NCBI RefSeq assembly: GCF_902713615.1
Contig: NC_052176.1
Span: 248,001-312,000 of the forward strand
DNA from: Scyliorhinus canicula
Taxonomy: Eukaryota
DNA: 64,000 nt
Direction of reading: 5' to 3'
Part shown: piece by piece, positions 13,364 to 26,593 of the stretch
Numbering within the stretch: the stretch's first letter is position 1
Layout of the letters: each line of letters begins with the position of its first letter
Notes under the pieces: generated by a model
Told to the model about the DNA's origin: nothing
Seen by the model: only the letters and a program-made list of their open reading frames with translations
Databases searched by the model: none
Program-made: the position numbers and the translations under genes

Positions 13364-15718
13364 TCACAGAATTCCTGCAGTGCAGAAGGAGGCCAGGCCA
13401 TTCGAGTCTGCCCGACCCTCTGAAAGAGCACCCTACCAAGGCCCACAGCCCCACCCAGTCCCTGTAACCGCGCGCATTGATTGTGGCCAATCTACCTATC
13501 CTTCACTTTGGACTGTGGGATGAAACCAGAGCACCCGAAGGAAACCCACGCAGACACGGGGACAATGTGCAGACTCCACATAGACAGTGACCCAAGGCCG
13601 GAATTGAAGCCAGGTCCCTGGCACTGTGAGACAGCAGTGTTAACCCGGGTCCCTGGCACTGTGAGACAGCAGTGCTAACCCGGGTCCCTGGCTCTGTGAG
13701 ACAGCAGTGTTAACCCGGGTCCCTGGCACTGAGAGACAGCAGTGTTAACCTGGGTCCCTGGCACTGTGAGACAGCAGTGTTAACCCGGGTCCCTGGCTCT
13801 GTGATACAGCAGTGTTAACCCGGGTCCCTGGCACTGTGAGGCAGCAGTGTTAACCCGGGTCCCTGGCACTGTGAGGCAGCAGTGTTAACCCGGGTCCCTG
13901 GCTCTGTGAGACAGCAGTGTTAACCCGGGTCCCTGGCACTGTGAGACAGCAGTGTTAACCCGGGTCCCTGGCACTGTGAGACAGCAGTGCTAACCCGGGT
14001 CTAAGGCACTGTGAGACAGCAGTGTTAACCCGGGTCCCTGACACTGTGAGGCAGCAGTGTTAACCCGGGTCCCTGGCACTGTGAGACAGCAGTGCTAACC
14101 CGGGTTCCTGGCTCTGTGAGACAGCAGTGCTAACCCGGGTCCCTGGCACTGTGAGGCAGCAGTGTTAACCCGGGTCCCTGGCACTGTGAGGCAGCAGTGT
14201 TAACCCGGGTACCTGGCACTGTGAGACAGCAGTGCTAACCCGGGTCCCTGACACTGTGAGACAGCAGTGTTAGCCCGGGTACCTGGCACTGTGAGACAGC
14301 AGTGTTAACCCGGGTCCCTGGCACTGTGAGACAGCAGTGTTAACCCGGGTCCCTGGCTCTGTGAGACAGCAGTGTTAACCCGGGTCCCTGGCACTGTGAG
14401 ACAGCAGTGTTAACCCGGGTCCATGGCACTGTGAGAAAGCAGTGTTAACCCGGGTCCCTGGCACTGTGAGACAGCAGTGTTAACCTGGGTCCCTGGCACT
14501 GTGAGACAGCAGTGTTAACCCGGGTCCCTGGCTCTGTGAGACAGCAGTGTTAACCTGGGTCCCTGGCACTGTGAGACAGCAGTGTTAACCCGGGTCCCTG
14601 GCACTGTGAGACAGCAGTGTTAACCCGGGTCCCTGGCACTGTGAGACAGCAGTGTTAACCCGGGTCCCAAGCACTGAGACAGCAGTGTTAACCCGGGTCC
14701 CTGGCACTGTGAGACAGCAGTGTTAACCCAGGTCCCTGGCACTGTGAGACAGCTGGGGTTAACCCAGGTCCCTGGCACTGTGAGACAGCTGGGGTTAACC
14801 CGGGTCACTGGCACTGTGAGACAGCTGTGTTAACTCAGGTCCCGGGCACTGTGAGACAGCAGTGTTAACCCGGGTCCCTGGCACTATGAGACAGCAGTGT
14901 TAACCCGGGTCCCTGGCACTATGAGACAGCAGTGTCAACCCGTGTCCCTGGCACTGTGAGGCAGTGGTGTTAACCCGGGTCCCTGGCACTGTGAGACAGC
15001 AGTGTTAACCCGGGTCCCTGGCACTGTGAGACAGCTGTGTTAACCCGGGTCCCTGGCACTGTGAGACAGCAGTGTTAACCCGGATCCCTGGCACTGTGAG
15101 ACAGCAGTGTTAACCCGGGTCCCTGGCACTGTGAGACAGCAGTGTTAACCCGGGTCCCTGGCACTGTGAGACAGCAGTGTTAACGGGGTCCCTGGCACTG
15201 TGAGACAGCAGTGTTAACCCGGGTCCCTGGCACTGTGAGACAGCAGTGTTAACCCGGGTCCCTGGCACTGTGAGGCAGCAGTGTTAACCCTGGTCTCTGG
15301 CACTGTGAGACAGCAGAGTTAACCTGGGTCCCTGGCACTGTGAGGCAGCAGTGTTAACCCGGGTCCCTGGCACTGAGACAGCAGTGTTAACCCGGGTCCC
15401 TGGCACTGTGAGACAGCAGTGTTAACCCAGGTCCCTGGCACTGTGAGACAGCAGTGTTAACCCGGGTCCCTGGCACTGTGAGACAGCAGTGTTAACCCGG
15501 GTCCCTGGCACTGTGAGGCAGCAGTGTTAACCCGGGTCCCTGGCACTGTGAGACAGCAGTGTTAACCCGGGTCCCTGGCACTGTGAGACAGCAGTGTTAA
15601 CCCGGGTCCCTGGCACTGTGAGACAGCAGTGTTAACCCGGGTCCCTGGCACTGTGAGGCAGCAGTGCTAACCCGGGTCCTCGCGCCATGATGCAGCAGTG
15701 CTGACCACTGTGCTGCCC
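13364..15718 (-). mobile_element. V-SINE/HE1-like SINE expanded internally by a 35-bp array
   Basis: SINE tail and body at 13364-13612; SINE 5' end (GGGCAGCACAGTGGTCAGCACTGCTG) at 15718; array lies between them. Confidence 0.88.
13611..15678. repeat. 35-bp minisatellite (GGGTCCCTGGCACTGTGAGACAGCAGTGTTAACCC), about 59 copies, from the SINE tRNA head
   Basis: 35-bp periodicity. The unit equals the SINE segment between the A and B boxes. Confidence 0.95.
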
Positions 15719-16735
15719 TACCTTTCCTTGTTCCATATTGATTTCTGGCATTGAATTCCTTCCTCAGTGATCAGGAGATTAACATTCCAGCTGCAGGCTG
15801 TCAGCTCTACGGACCTGGCGGTCCCTGGGATCGTTCTGTGCTGACGTATCTCACCACCAGGACAGGTAGGGAGGGGACAGTCGGCCTCAGTGCCGTTTGT
15901 GGGGAACCCTGGAGGTGGTGGGGGATGAATCGGGGCAGGATTCCTGTTCAGTGTCTGGTGACACCCTGCTGAAAATTGCGCGTGTTTGGGGGGAGCCAGA
16001 GCGAGACTTTGATGCCCCCTGCAGCCGAGCAGCCTGCTGGCACGCACTGAGAAAATGGGGCAGCAGAGGGCATCACTTCTCAAAGCATCCCTCGGCTAAA
16101 GTCAACCCCGTGTCCCGTTTGAACCGGGGGACCCGGAGGGGAGGTGGGTTTACAGGAGAAATTCCAGAATGTTCTTTTCTCACTGTCCCCTTCTCTTCAT
16201 TGCAGTGGGGCGACCTCCAGGCGACTTCCGGAAATTGAAAGCAGGTCTGGAATCATCCTCTCTCTCGCTATAACTTGCCTTATTGTGTGGGTGGAGGGGG
16301 GGGGGAGAGAGTGGACACAGCTGTGATTGGGTCAGCCTCGCTGGGAGTGCGGCCAAACAGACCCGAAGCCTGTTGCTGCCTTTACTGCCCCGGCTGGGTC
16401 AGCAGTGAGCGGGCACACGGAAGGCGTTTGACAGCGTTGAGCCAGCAGAATGATTTTGCCGTCTGGCAGGTGGACGTATCCCACCCCGATCTCAAGGAGC
16501 CCCGAAAGGCCCTGTTGCTGTCAATCGAAAGTATTTAAATAATCGTAACAGCGCAGGTGGGGAGGACGTCTCCTCCCCCTGACCCCCGCTCTGCCACCCC
16601 TCCCTGTGCCCACTGGGCTGAGGGAGGAAGCGAGTGGGGCGGCCGCTGTGTGAATACAGGCAAGAGTCGGTGTTAATGTCACTTCCTGGAATGTTCTCAT
16701 ACTTTTTCTTGTTGGATTCTGATTTGAATTTTTAG

Positions 16736-16864
16736 CCAAGAAGGGGCCGGATGGGTTGGCCTTGCCCAACAATTACTGTGATTTCTGCCTGGGCGATTCG
16801 AGACTAAATAAGAAGACAGGACAGTCTGAGGAACTGGTGTCATGTTCGGACTGTGGGCGCTCAG
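16736..16864 (+). CDS. DPF2: DPF2 exon, start of PHD1 ([42 protein letters not shown])
   Basis: TTTAG acceptor and G|GTAAGC donor; 129 nt, phase 1-1. [12 protein letters not shown] is DPF2-type. Confidence 0.96.
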
Positions 16865-16977
16865 GTAAGCCAAACCCGCCACGTGACACCCTGCACACAA
16901 TTACCGGGCGTGTACAGCGACGAAACGGGCCGTTCGGCCCATCGGCTGGTGTTTCTGTCCCACGCAAGCCTCAAAGA

Positions 16978-17195
16978 GCAATAGAGGAACAGGCCCTTCG
17001 GCCCTCCAAACCTGTACTGGTCATGATCCCACCCTTGGCCAAAACCCTCAGCACCTCATTGTGCCGTACCCCTCTATACCCATCCTATCCATGTGTTTGT
17101 CAAGATGCCTTTTGAACGCCGTTAATGTATCTGCTTCCACAGCCTTTCCTCGCAGCGCGTTCCAGGCACTCGCCACCCTCTGTGTAAAGAAAACC
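16978..17195 (-). mobile_element. CR1 LINE 3' fragment
   Basis: Minus strand encodes FTQRVASAWNAL...AFKRHLD, followed by a GGCCGAAGGGCCTGTT tail. Confidence 0.75.
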
Positions 17196-17215
17196 TGCCG
17201 TTTCCCACCCCCTCT

Positions 17216-17902
17216 TCATATCCCCCCAGCACCATATCCTTCTCTTCCTCTCTCCCTCAACTGTTTATCCAGCTTTCCCCCCCCCCCCCTAAATGTATCA
17301 ACACTCCCCGTGGGAGCGAGTCCCACATTCTCCCCACTCCCCGTGGGAGCGAGTCCCACATTCTCCCCCACTCCCTGTGGGAGAGAGTCCCACATTCTCC
17401 CCACTCCCCGTGGGAGAGAGTCCCACATTCTCCCCACTCCCCGTGGGAGCGAGTCCCACATTCTCCCCCACTCCCCGTGGGAGAGAGTCCCACATTCTCC
17501 CCACTCCCCGTGGGAGCGAGTCCCACATTCTCCCCCACTCCCCGTGGGAGAGAGTCCCACATTCTCCCCACTCCCCGTGGGAGCGAGTCCCACATTCTCC
17601 CCCACTCCCCGTGGGAGAGAGTCCCACATTCTCCCCACTCCCCGTGGGAGAGAGTCCCACATTCCCTCCACTCCCCGTGGGAGTGAGTCCCACATTCTCC
17701 CCACTCCCCGTGGGAGCGAGTCCCACATTCTCCCCACTCCCCGTGGGGAGCGAGTCCCACATTCTCCCCACGCCCCGTGCGAGAGAGTCCCACATTCCCT
17801 CCACTCCCCGTGGGAGTGAGTCCCACATTCTCCCCACTCCCCGTGGGAGCGAGTCAGTTCCAGTATAACCTTTGTCAATCTTCTGTGTACCCTCTCTACC
17901 AT
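17216..17902 (-). mobile_element. CR1 ORF2 3' fragment containing a 33/34-bp array (17303-17852), inverted relative to 7596-9175
   Basis: Flanks translate as VERVHRRLTKVILEL and VDTF...KLDKQLRERGREGYG, both CR1 ORF2-terminal motifs. Confidence 0.85.
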
Positions 17903-18084
17903 GTGACTAGCCGCTTTGGATTATATATGGAGGCCCATGGTGCTTTGCAGGATGACGCCAAGGTGTGACCTAACTCCGCTCAGTTTAACCTGTCTGCAGG
18001 TGCAGGATGGTGAACGATGGGCAGAATGTCCTGTGTGTTTGTGCAAGCCGCGATTTGGAATTGTGGAACATTGGGCTAAGTTGA

Positions 18085-18414
<330 letters not shown>

Positions 18415-19119
18415 TGAATACCCCACCCCAGAGTGCACACTGTGCTGACTGTGGTATTTTTGAAGGCGAGGCTGGCAGACCATGAAGGTACAAACAAGGG
18501 TTTTATTGGAAAGGTGTTTTCCCAACAGACTGCAGGCGGCTAACGGCGTCACGTGATCAGACTCTTCATCAGCTGATTGCAGCTATGATCACACACGAAT
18601 ACACAACGCTTTCTTCTCCCCCCTCCATGTACATCAGAGGTTCGTGCAATGAAACACAGGTGTAGGTGGGGAGGTCAGGTGCAGACTCGATGGGCCGAAG
18701 AGCCTCCCTTCCGCACTCTGCGATTCTGTAACGTGAACGATCCAAATTTACAATGCGAACAATTGATAAACGCAACAGTGAAGAAGTTGGGCGTCTCGGG
18801 GGGGCGTCGCTTTCCTGGCGAACCTCGTGCGTCTGTGTTGACTGCAACCTCTGGTGTTTTTGGTGTAAAATGGGCAGCATCCATTGCTGTCTGAACCGGA
18901 GTCGATGCTGTGTTTGGAGGCTGACTCGGCTGGGGGCACTACCTTCCTCAGTTGTTTCCGGTATTGTCAGGGTCTCAGGAATGTCCAGCTCTTCACTTGA
19001 CACAGTTTGTTGCAGATTCTCGGTTGACAGTGTCTCTGGTAAACTCGTTGCTAAAAGTTGATCAGTGTGTCTCCTCCACACGATATCATCCCGAGTTTGA
19101 ACGGTGTAGGAGACCGGGC

Positions 19120-19891
19120 CTTAAAAGTGTGAGGTGATTCACTTTGGAAGGAATAACAGGAAGACAGAGTACTGGGCGAATGGTAAGATTCTTGGTAGTG
19201 TGGACGAGCAGAGAGATCTCGGTGTCCATGTCCATAGATTCCCTGAAAGTTGCCACCCAGGTTGAGAGGGTTGTTAAGAAGGCGTACGGTGTGTTAGCTT
19301 TTATTGGTAGAGGGATTGAGTTTCGGAGCCATGAGGTCATGTTGCAGCTGTACAAAACTCTGGTGCGGCCGCATTTGGAGTATTGCGTGCAGTTCTGGTC
19401 GCCGCATTATAGGAAGGATGTGGAAGCATTGGAAAGGGTGCAAAGGAGATTTATCAGGATGTTGCCTGGTATGGAGGGAAGATCATATGAGGAAAGGCTG
19501 AGGGACTTGAGGCTGTTTTCGTTAGAGAGAAGAAGGTTAAGAAGTGACTTAATTGAGGCATACAAGATGATCAGAGGATTAGATAGGGTGGACAGTGAGA
19601 GCCTTTTTCCTCGGATGGTGATGTCCAGCACGAGGGGACATAGCTTTAAATTGAGGGGAGATAGATATAGGACAGATGTCAGAGGTAGGTTCTTTACTCA
19701 GAGAGTAGTAAGGGCGTGGAATGCCCTGCCTGCAACAGTAGTGGACTGGCCAACACTAAACGCATTCAAATGGTCATTGGATAGGCATGTGGACGATAAG
19801 GGAATAGTGTAGATGGGCTTTAGAGGGGTTTCACAGGTCGGCCCAACATCGAGGGCCGAAGGGCCTGTACTGCGCTGTCATGTTCTATGTT
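19120..19891 (+). mobile_element. CR1 (HER1-like) LINE, 5'-truncated, with intact ORF2 C-terminus and 3' tail
   Basis: [24 protein letters not shown]...FFTQRVVRAWNALP; tail ends in TGTTCTATGTT. Confidence 0.93.
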
Positions 19892-20182
19892 CCCTGTGCT
19901 GAGACGATGACAGGTATCCACTTGGTTTTAGTGCCTCACCGATACTCCCTTCCCTTTCTGAAAAACAAGGCGTTCATCCCTGTTCTCACGTGGCAAAACC
20001 CGACTTTGCTGTTTACTCTTTAACAAATTCTCTTGTCTGAGGCGGCTTGAGCGAATCAAACGCTGTGCGTGACTGGCATTTTACCGTGCGTAATGCTGGA
20101 GAAGTTTGGGTTGTGGAATGTGTCCTATTCCTGTGCATCATCAGGAATTGGCTTTTGTCGTTTAGATAATGATCCTTGCTCA

Positions 20183-20378
20183 GGGGCTGGTTTAGCTCAC
20201 TGGGCTAAATCGCTGGCTTTTAAAGCAGACCCAGGCAGGCCAGCAGCACGGTTCGATTCCCGTACCAGCCTCCCCGGACAGGCGCCGGAATGTGGCGACT
20301 AGGGGCTTTTCACAGTAACTTCATTGAAGCCTGCTCGTGACGATAAGCGATTTTCATTTCATTTTTCATTTCATTTCA
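20183..20378 (+). mobile_element. short tRNA-derived SINE (family B)
   Basis: GGGGCTGGTTTAGCTCA A-box region, GGTTCGATTCCC B box, (TTTCA)n tail. Other copies at 22242, 45429, 48186 and 49237. Confidence 0.85.
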
Positions 20379-20699
20379 CCAGTTACCTTCAATGGACCTT
20401 TCACTGCCCGACCAAACCTTTTCAGACAGCCCATTTGAGTCAGGGTGATGGGGAGCTGATGGGCGATTCCATTCTCCTTGGGGTCATTTATGAATGCTAG
20501 CTAAAGGAGCTGTGGCTCATTGTCACCAGCATTTTGTTCAGGCTAACCGAATCTTGCAAAAACCTCACCCAGTCTTTCTATTCCTCTGTCCCAGGGTGTA
20601 GTCTTCATAATGGCCGCTTCAGGCCCCTTCCAGTGTGCCTCTACCACAATGGAAAACATTCGCTCTCTGAATGGTCGGGCATAACCTATATGAACTTTT

Positions 20700-21395
20700 T
20701 TTTTAGAAAACACCCAATGAATAACCACACCCCGCCTACCCCCCACCACATCTCGCCTTCCCCATTTTAACCCTCTTGACCCCTCAATCCCCCTCGGAGA
20801 AATCGATAACTGGCTCCCACCTCCGGGTGAACCCCTCTGCCAGCCCCCTCACAGCGAACTTGACCGTCTCCAGCCTTGGGAACTCCGCCAGCTCGCTCTC
20901 CCGCTTTCGCCGCTCCAGTAAGATCCGTCTCCGGGCTATCAGGGAGGCAAAGGCCAAAACATCGGCCCCTCTCGCCCCTCTCCCGGACCTTCCGCCACCC
21001 CGAATATGGCCCTCGGGACCACCCTCCCCACCCAGCCCCTCGGACATCACGTCCGAGAACCCCTACCAGAATCCCCCAGTTTTCACCAGGCCCAGAATGT
21101 GTGGACGTGTACCACGCCCCCCCCCACCCCCCCCACCACACCGCCCACACCAATCATCCACCCCCTCCAATATCGTACTCATCCTCACCACCATCATATC
21201 TGCCCTCTGCACCACCTCAAACTGGATGAGGCTTAATTGCCACGTGATGAGGTCGCGTTTGCCCTCCGCAGGGCCTCTGCCCACATCTCGGGCCCCCCAC
21301 CTCCCCATCCCAGCTCCTCCTCCCACTTACGCTTAATGTCCCCCACCACACACTCCCATCAATTCCTCATTGCTATCCGACACCTTCCCCTCCCA
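20700..21395 (-). mobile_element. L1-clade LINE 3' fragment
   Basis: LSLIQFEVVQRA...CGRC and DVLAFASLIARRRILL...RRWEP, homologous to the fragments at 43050 and 55307. Confidence 0.75.
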
Positions 21396-22241
21396 ACGCG
21401 TTGTGTAAAGGTTTGAGAATAATTGCTGGATTAGGAACAAACCTTCCATAATAGTTTAATAAGCCCCAAAATGGTCAACGTTGATTCACGTTTAGAGGGG
21501 CCGATACCTCAGCTATGGATTTTACTTTTGACGGTAATTTGTGCTGTCCCTTTGCATCTATGACGTGTCCCAGGTATTCAGGAGAAGATTTGAAGAATTC
21601 ACATTTATCCTTCCGTGCTCGTAGTCCGGAATCTCCTAGTCTCTGGAGTGTAGCATCTAGATTCCGATGGTGCCCACCATAACTCTTCCCCGTAACTAAG
21701 ATATTGTCTAAGTAGCACTGGGCTCTTCCTAGTTCTCTTAGAATTTGATTAATGGCACGTTGGAACAATGCAGGGCAGGTCACGGTGCCAGATGGAAGCC
21801 GTTTATATCTGAATAGCCCTTTGTGTGTCACGATTGTCAAAGATTGTTGTGAATCTGGATCTACGTTTATCTGACAATCAGCTTGACTAAGGTCACGTTT
21901 ATTGAAATGCTGGCCTCCAGACAACCCAGCAAATAAATCTTCAGTTAAAGGCAGACGACCCTGCTCTGGACAGTACCAGATTGACGGTGACTTTAAAATC
22001 ACCTCATATGTGCACCGAACCGTCGTTCTTCATCACAGGTACTGTAGGTGTAGCCCAATCACTCAAATTCACGGGTTTGAGGACCCCTGTCTTGACCAGC
22101 CTCTCTGATTCTGCTGCCACCTTGGGCCTGATGGCGTGGGGCACTGACCCAGCCGTCCAGCATCTTGTTTGGCTTTTGTCCTTAATCCTTAGCTTGACTG
22201 AAATCTCTTTTCATCCTTCCCAGCTCTCCATTGGGGGTCCA

Positions 22242-22380
22242 GGGGCTGGTTTAGCTCACTCGGCTAAATCGCTGGCTTTTAAAGCAGGCCAGCAGCACGG
22301 TTCGATTCCCGTACCAGCCTCCCCGGACAGGCGCCGGAATGTGGCGACTAGGGGCTTTTCACAGTAACTTCATTGAAGCC
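22242..22380 (+). mobile_element. family B SINE, 3'-truncated
   Basis: Matches the copy at 20183. Confidence 0.82.
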
Positions 22381-22956
22381 GATGGCACGTCTCTTTAAAG
22401 ATCTCCCGTAGACCCGTTTCGGACTCCCGACGTGAGACCCATCCGGGCCCAGTTCAGCTGAATTCTCTCCAGCCAGGGCTGGGGTAGTTAGCTCTAACAG
22501 CCTGTAGGGACAAGTCTACGCCCTGCCCGCTTAACTGCGGATTTCCATCGACACGGTCCCTCAACGGAACCGCTTCCCCAGTATCGTTTTTATATCTGAG
22601 GGTATTACGGCGATATGTCGCCATTTCTCTTGGCGAACTGTTACCAAGGAAACCGCTGCTCCAGTGCCCCAACTCCACCTTCACCAATTGTCCGTTCCGG
22701 TAAAGGAATGACCCAGTAATGGTTCGTTGCGCCAAGCAGTGGCCAGCACGTTCAACAGCAGCTCGTCATCCTACGGTGACTCTAGTCCGTTTTTTAGCGC
22801 CCTTTTTTGTATCAGGCGCCTCCTTTCCCTCTCTTCGGTTTTCAATTTGGTACACTTGTTTCCTGATTTACACAATTCTTGTTTGGAATGTGTTTTTTTT
22901 CCCCAACCCGCACGTTCGATGTGCCACTCTTTAACCACAATTGCTGCATTCTGTCT

Positions 22957-23941
22957 CTGTCAGAGCTGAGGGAGTGCCGCACTGTCAGAGGGTCAGTACT
23001 GAGGGAGTGCCGCACTGTCAGAGGGTCAGTACTGAGGGAGTGCTGCACTGTCAGAGGGTCAGTACTGAGGGAGTGCCGCACTGTCAGAGGGTCAGTACTG
23101 AGGGAGCGCCGCATTGTCAGAGGGTCAGTACTGAGGGAGTGCCGCACTGTCAGAGGGTCAGTACTGAGAGAGCGCTGCACTGTCAGAGGGTCAGTACTGA
23201 GGGAGTGCCGCACTGTCAGAGGGTCAGTACTGAGGGAGTGCCGCACTGTCAGAGGGTCAGTACTGAGGGAGTGCCGCACTGTCAGAGGGTCAGTACTGAG
23301 GGAGTGCTGCACTGTCAGAGGGTCAGTACTGAGGGAGTGCCGCACTGTCAGAGGGTCAGTACTGAGGGAGCGCCGCACTGTCAGAGGGTCAGTACTGAGG
23401 GAGTGCTGCACTGTCAGAGGGTCAGTACTGAGGGAGTGCCGCACTGTCAGAGGGTCAGTACTGAGGGAGTGCCGCACTGTCAGAGGGTCAGTACTGAGGG
23501 AGTGCCGCACTGTCAGAGGGTCAGTACTGAGGGAGTGCCGCACTGTCAGAGGGTCAGTACTGAGGGAGCTCCGCACTGCCAGAGGATCAGTACTGAGGGA
23601 GTGCTGCACTGTCAGAGGGTCAGTACTGAGGGAGTTCTGCACTGTCAGAGGGTCAGTACTGAGGGAGTGCCGCACTGTCAGAGGGTCAGTACTGAGGGAT
23701 TGCCGCAGTGTCAGAGGGTCAGTACTGAGGGAGTGCTGCACTGTCAGAGGGTCAGTACTGAGGGAGTGCCGCGCTGTTGGAGGGTCAGTACTGAGGGAGT
23801 GCCGCACTGTCAGAGGGTCAGTACTGAGGGAGTGCAGCACTGTCAGAGGGTCAGTACTGAGGGAGTGCCGCACTGTCAGAGGGTCAGTACCGAGGGAGCG
23901 CCGCACTGTCAGAGGGTCAGTACCGAGGGAGTGCCGCACTG
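22957..23941 (-). repeat. 33-bp minisatellite, array B, about 30 copies (reverse complement of array A)
   Basis: CAGTACTGAGGGAGTGCCGCACTGTCAGAGGGT periodicity. Confidence 0.98.
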
Positions 23942-24225
23942 CCTTTCAGGATGAGACATTAAACCGTGGCCCCATTTGCCCCCTCGGATGATTGTAAAAG
24001 ATCGCACGGCCTCTATTGGTGGGGCAAGCCCTGAGCAGTGTCCAGGGGCCAATATCTATCCCTCGCCCAACATCAGTAAAAACTGATGATCTGGGTTATT
24101 CTCACATTGCTGTGTGTGGGATCTTGCTGTGTGTAAGTTGGCTGCGGCGTTTCCCACATCACAACAGTGACCTCACTTCAAAAATAACTCCTTCATTGTG
24201 AGTGAGACACTTAGGGATGTCTGGG
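23942..24225 (+). mobile_element. DeuSINE (SacSINE1/LmeSINE1-like) remnant, Deu domain
   Basis: TTTCAGGATGAGACATTAAACCG...GTAAAAGATC...GGCCAATATCTATCCCTC...CACATTGCTGTGTGTGGGATCTTGCTGTG...ACAACAGTGAC matches the recalled Deu-domain consensus. Confidence 0.75.
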
Positions 24226-24305
24226 GGGGGGTTTGGAAGCTGATGTTTTTCCCATTCCCGGTGTTACCCAGCTGATGGTGCGATCGATGTTCTTGGTTCC
24301 TCTAG

Positions 24306-24413
<108 letters not shown>

Positions 24414-25086
24414 TAAGGTGTAAACGATCCTCGCCCCTCTCCAGCTTCACGGTGTGTACGAGACGGAGGATCGGCCACGATGGCTGGTGTAGCCGGGCCG
24501 AATGGCCTCCTCCTGTTATCTGGGTGTCTTTGCTGGGGTGGGCTGCCAGCTGCCCTTCCACACCCGGCTGGTTCTGGCCTTTCGCTCCCCTCCTGTGGAC
24601 CCTGATGCTTCCCCGTCGCCCGTTCCTCACACTGGACTGAGCAATCCTTTGGGCTGGTCGACTGTGGTAGGCATTGCAGCCTACCTGATTGCCGTCCGCC
24701 CCATCCGTCCTTCGTTTGTCCCTTCCACTATCATCCTTTCCCACTGCCCCTGTTGAAGCTGGTGCCTGGTTGGCACAGCCATCCCTCCCTCCCGGGCGCA
24801 GTAATACTCTGACAGCGCGCCACCATCCACAGTCCGGGTGTTTTTGGAATTCAGGGCCTGGCTCAGTTGGCCTCACGGAGACTCTGACTTGTCCGTGTAG
24901 AGGGGACGGTATCCACCCTGGGGGGGGGGGGGGGGGTCACAGCTGCCAGCCTCGGCAGTGGGGGCTCCGAGGCTGTGCCGATTACTCAGCCTCCAGGAAA
25001 AGCGGGAGAGTTGCCTTTGAAATGATGGTGTCGTCTCTCTGCCTCGGTACTCACCTTTCCCCAATTCCTTCCCCTCTCTGTTACAG

Positions 25087-25169
25087 GAAGCTGGAGCTGT
25101 CGGCTGTGCCTGGATACTCTGAAGGAAAAGGCCTCAATTTACCAAAACCCCAACCCTCCTCCCTCTTAA
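25087..25169 (+). CDS. DPF2: DPF2 terminal coding exon ([27 protein letters not shown])
   Basis: TTACAG acceptor; in-frame TAA at 25167-25169; KEKASIYQN as in DPF2. Confidence 0.96.
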
Positions 25170-25248
25170 TGCACCTGTTTGAACTGGAGGGACTCTGGCA
25201 GGGGAGGGGGCAAGGTGGCATCAAGTGGCATTACAATTGTTCTTATTT

Positions 25249-25254
25249 AATAAA
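25249..25254 (+). terminator. candidate proximal polyadenylation signal of DPF2
   Basis: AATAAA 80 nt after the stop codon, followed by GT-rich sequence. Confidence 0.45.
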
Positions 25255-25271
25255 ACTCGAGGGGGAGGTTT

Positions 25272-26075
25272 GTGTGTCACACGTGTGTGTGTGTGTGCAC
25301 GTGCAAGTGTGTACATGTCAGTGTGTGCATGTGTGCGTCCGTGTCTGCCCGTGCAAGTGCTCACACGCACATGTGAGTATACGTGTCCATGTGTGTGTGT
25401 GAACATGTCAGTGTGTGCGAGTGTGTGTACATGACCGTGCGAGTGTGTGTTCATGTCAATGTGTGCGAGTGTGTGTTCATGTCAATGTGTGTGAGTGTGT
25501 GTTCATGTCAATGTGTGCGAGTGTGTGTTCATGTCAGCGTGTGCGAGTGTGTGTTCATGTCAATGTGTGCGAGTGTGTGTTCATGTCAATGTGTGCGATT
25601 GTGTGTACATGTCAATGAGTGTGAGTGTATGTACATGTCAGCGTGTGCGAGTGTGTGTTCATGTCAATGTGTGTGAGTGTGTGTTCATGTCAATGTGTGC
25701 GAGTGTGTGTACGTGTCTCTGTGTGCGAGTGTGTGTACATGTCAGTGTGTGCGAGTGTGTGTACATGTCTCTGTGTGAGAGTGTGTGTACATGTCAGTGT
25801 GTGCGAGTGTGTGTACATGTCTCTGTGTGAGAGTGTGTGTACGTGTCTCTGTGTGAGAGTGTGTGTACATGTCCGTGTGCGCCAGTGTGTACATGTCTGT
25901 GTGTGCGAGTGTGTGTACGTGTCTCTGGTGTGTGCGAGTGTGTACATGTCTGTGTGTGCGAGTGTGTGTACGTGTCTCTGGTGTGTGCGAGTGTGTACAT
26001 GTCTGTGTGTGCGAGTGTGTGTACGTGTCTCTGGTGTGTGCACACATCTGAGTGTGCATGTGTGCATCATGTGCA
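25272..26075. repeat. TG-rich compound micro/minisatellite (about 24-bp units)
   Basis: GTGTGCGAGTGTGTGTTCATGTCAAT-type repeats. Confidence 0.9.
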
Positions 26076-26515
26076 TGGCTAACACCTGTCTCTGACTCTG
26101 CCTCTCCATGCTGTGACCCCGTGTAGTTTTGGGTGGTTAACATCTGCCTCTCCCCGTCACCCCCATTCTGCAGACCGCCCCATCTACCAACCTTCCACAT
26201 CTGGCCACCCCCTGCCCCCGCGACACCCCATTTGATCCCCCACCCCCAGTGCCCTTTTATCCCGAAATCCACTACTTTCCCAGACCAACAGGTTGTGTCT
26301 TAACGCTTCTCTCAGTATTTGTTTGAAATTATTTGTGTCCACATCTGTGCAATCAATCTTTGGCTGGGGTACTGGGGTCTGCAGACCCAAGGTTTGCTGG
26401 GTCAGGACCCTTGAGAAAGGAGGAGTGATTAACAGTGTCCGCTCCTTCTGATACGTCTCTGTTGCCTGGGGAACCCTGGTTTAAAAGCTGTTAACTGTGT
26501 GTCGTGCAGAAGAAA

Positions 26516-26593
26516 TATAGTGTTATGTATAGTGTTATATATAGTGTTATATATAGTGTTATATATAGTGTTATATATAGTGTAGTGTTATAT
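26516..26593. repeat. 12-bp repeat (TATATAGTGTTA)n
   Basis: About 6 copies. Confidence 0.9.

Noticed and set aside
22381-22940. Possible gag/ORF1 fragment
   Set aside because: No recognisable motif in any frame.
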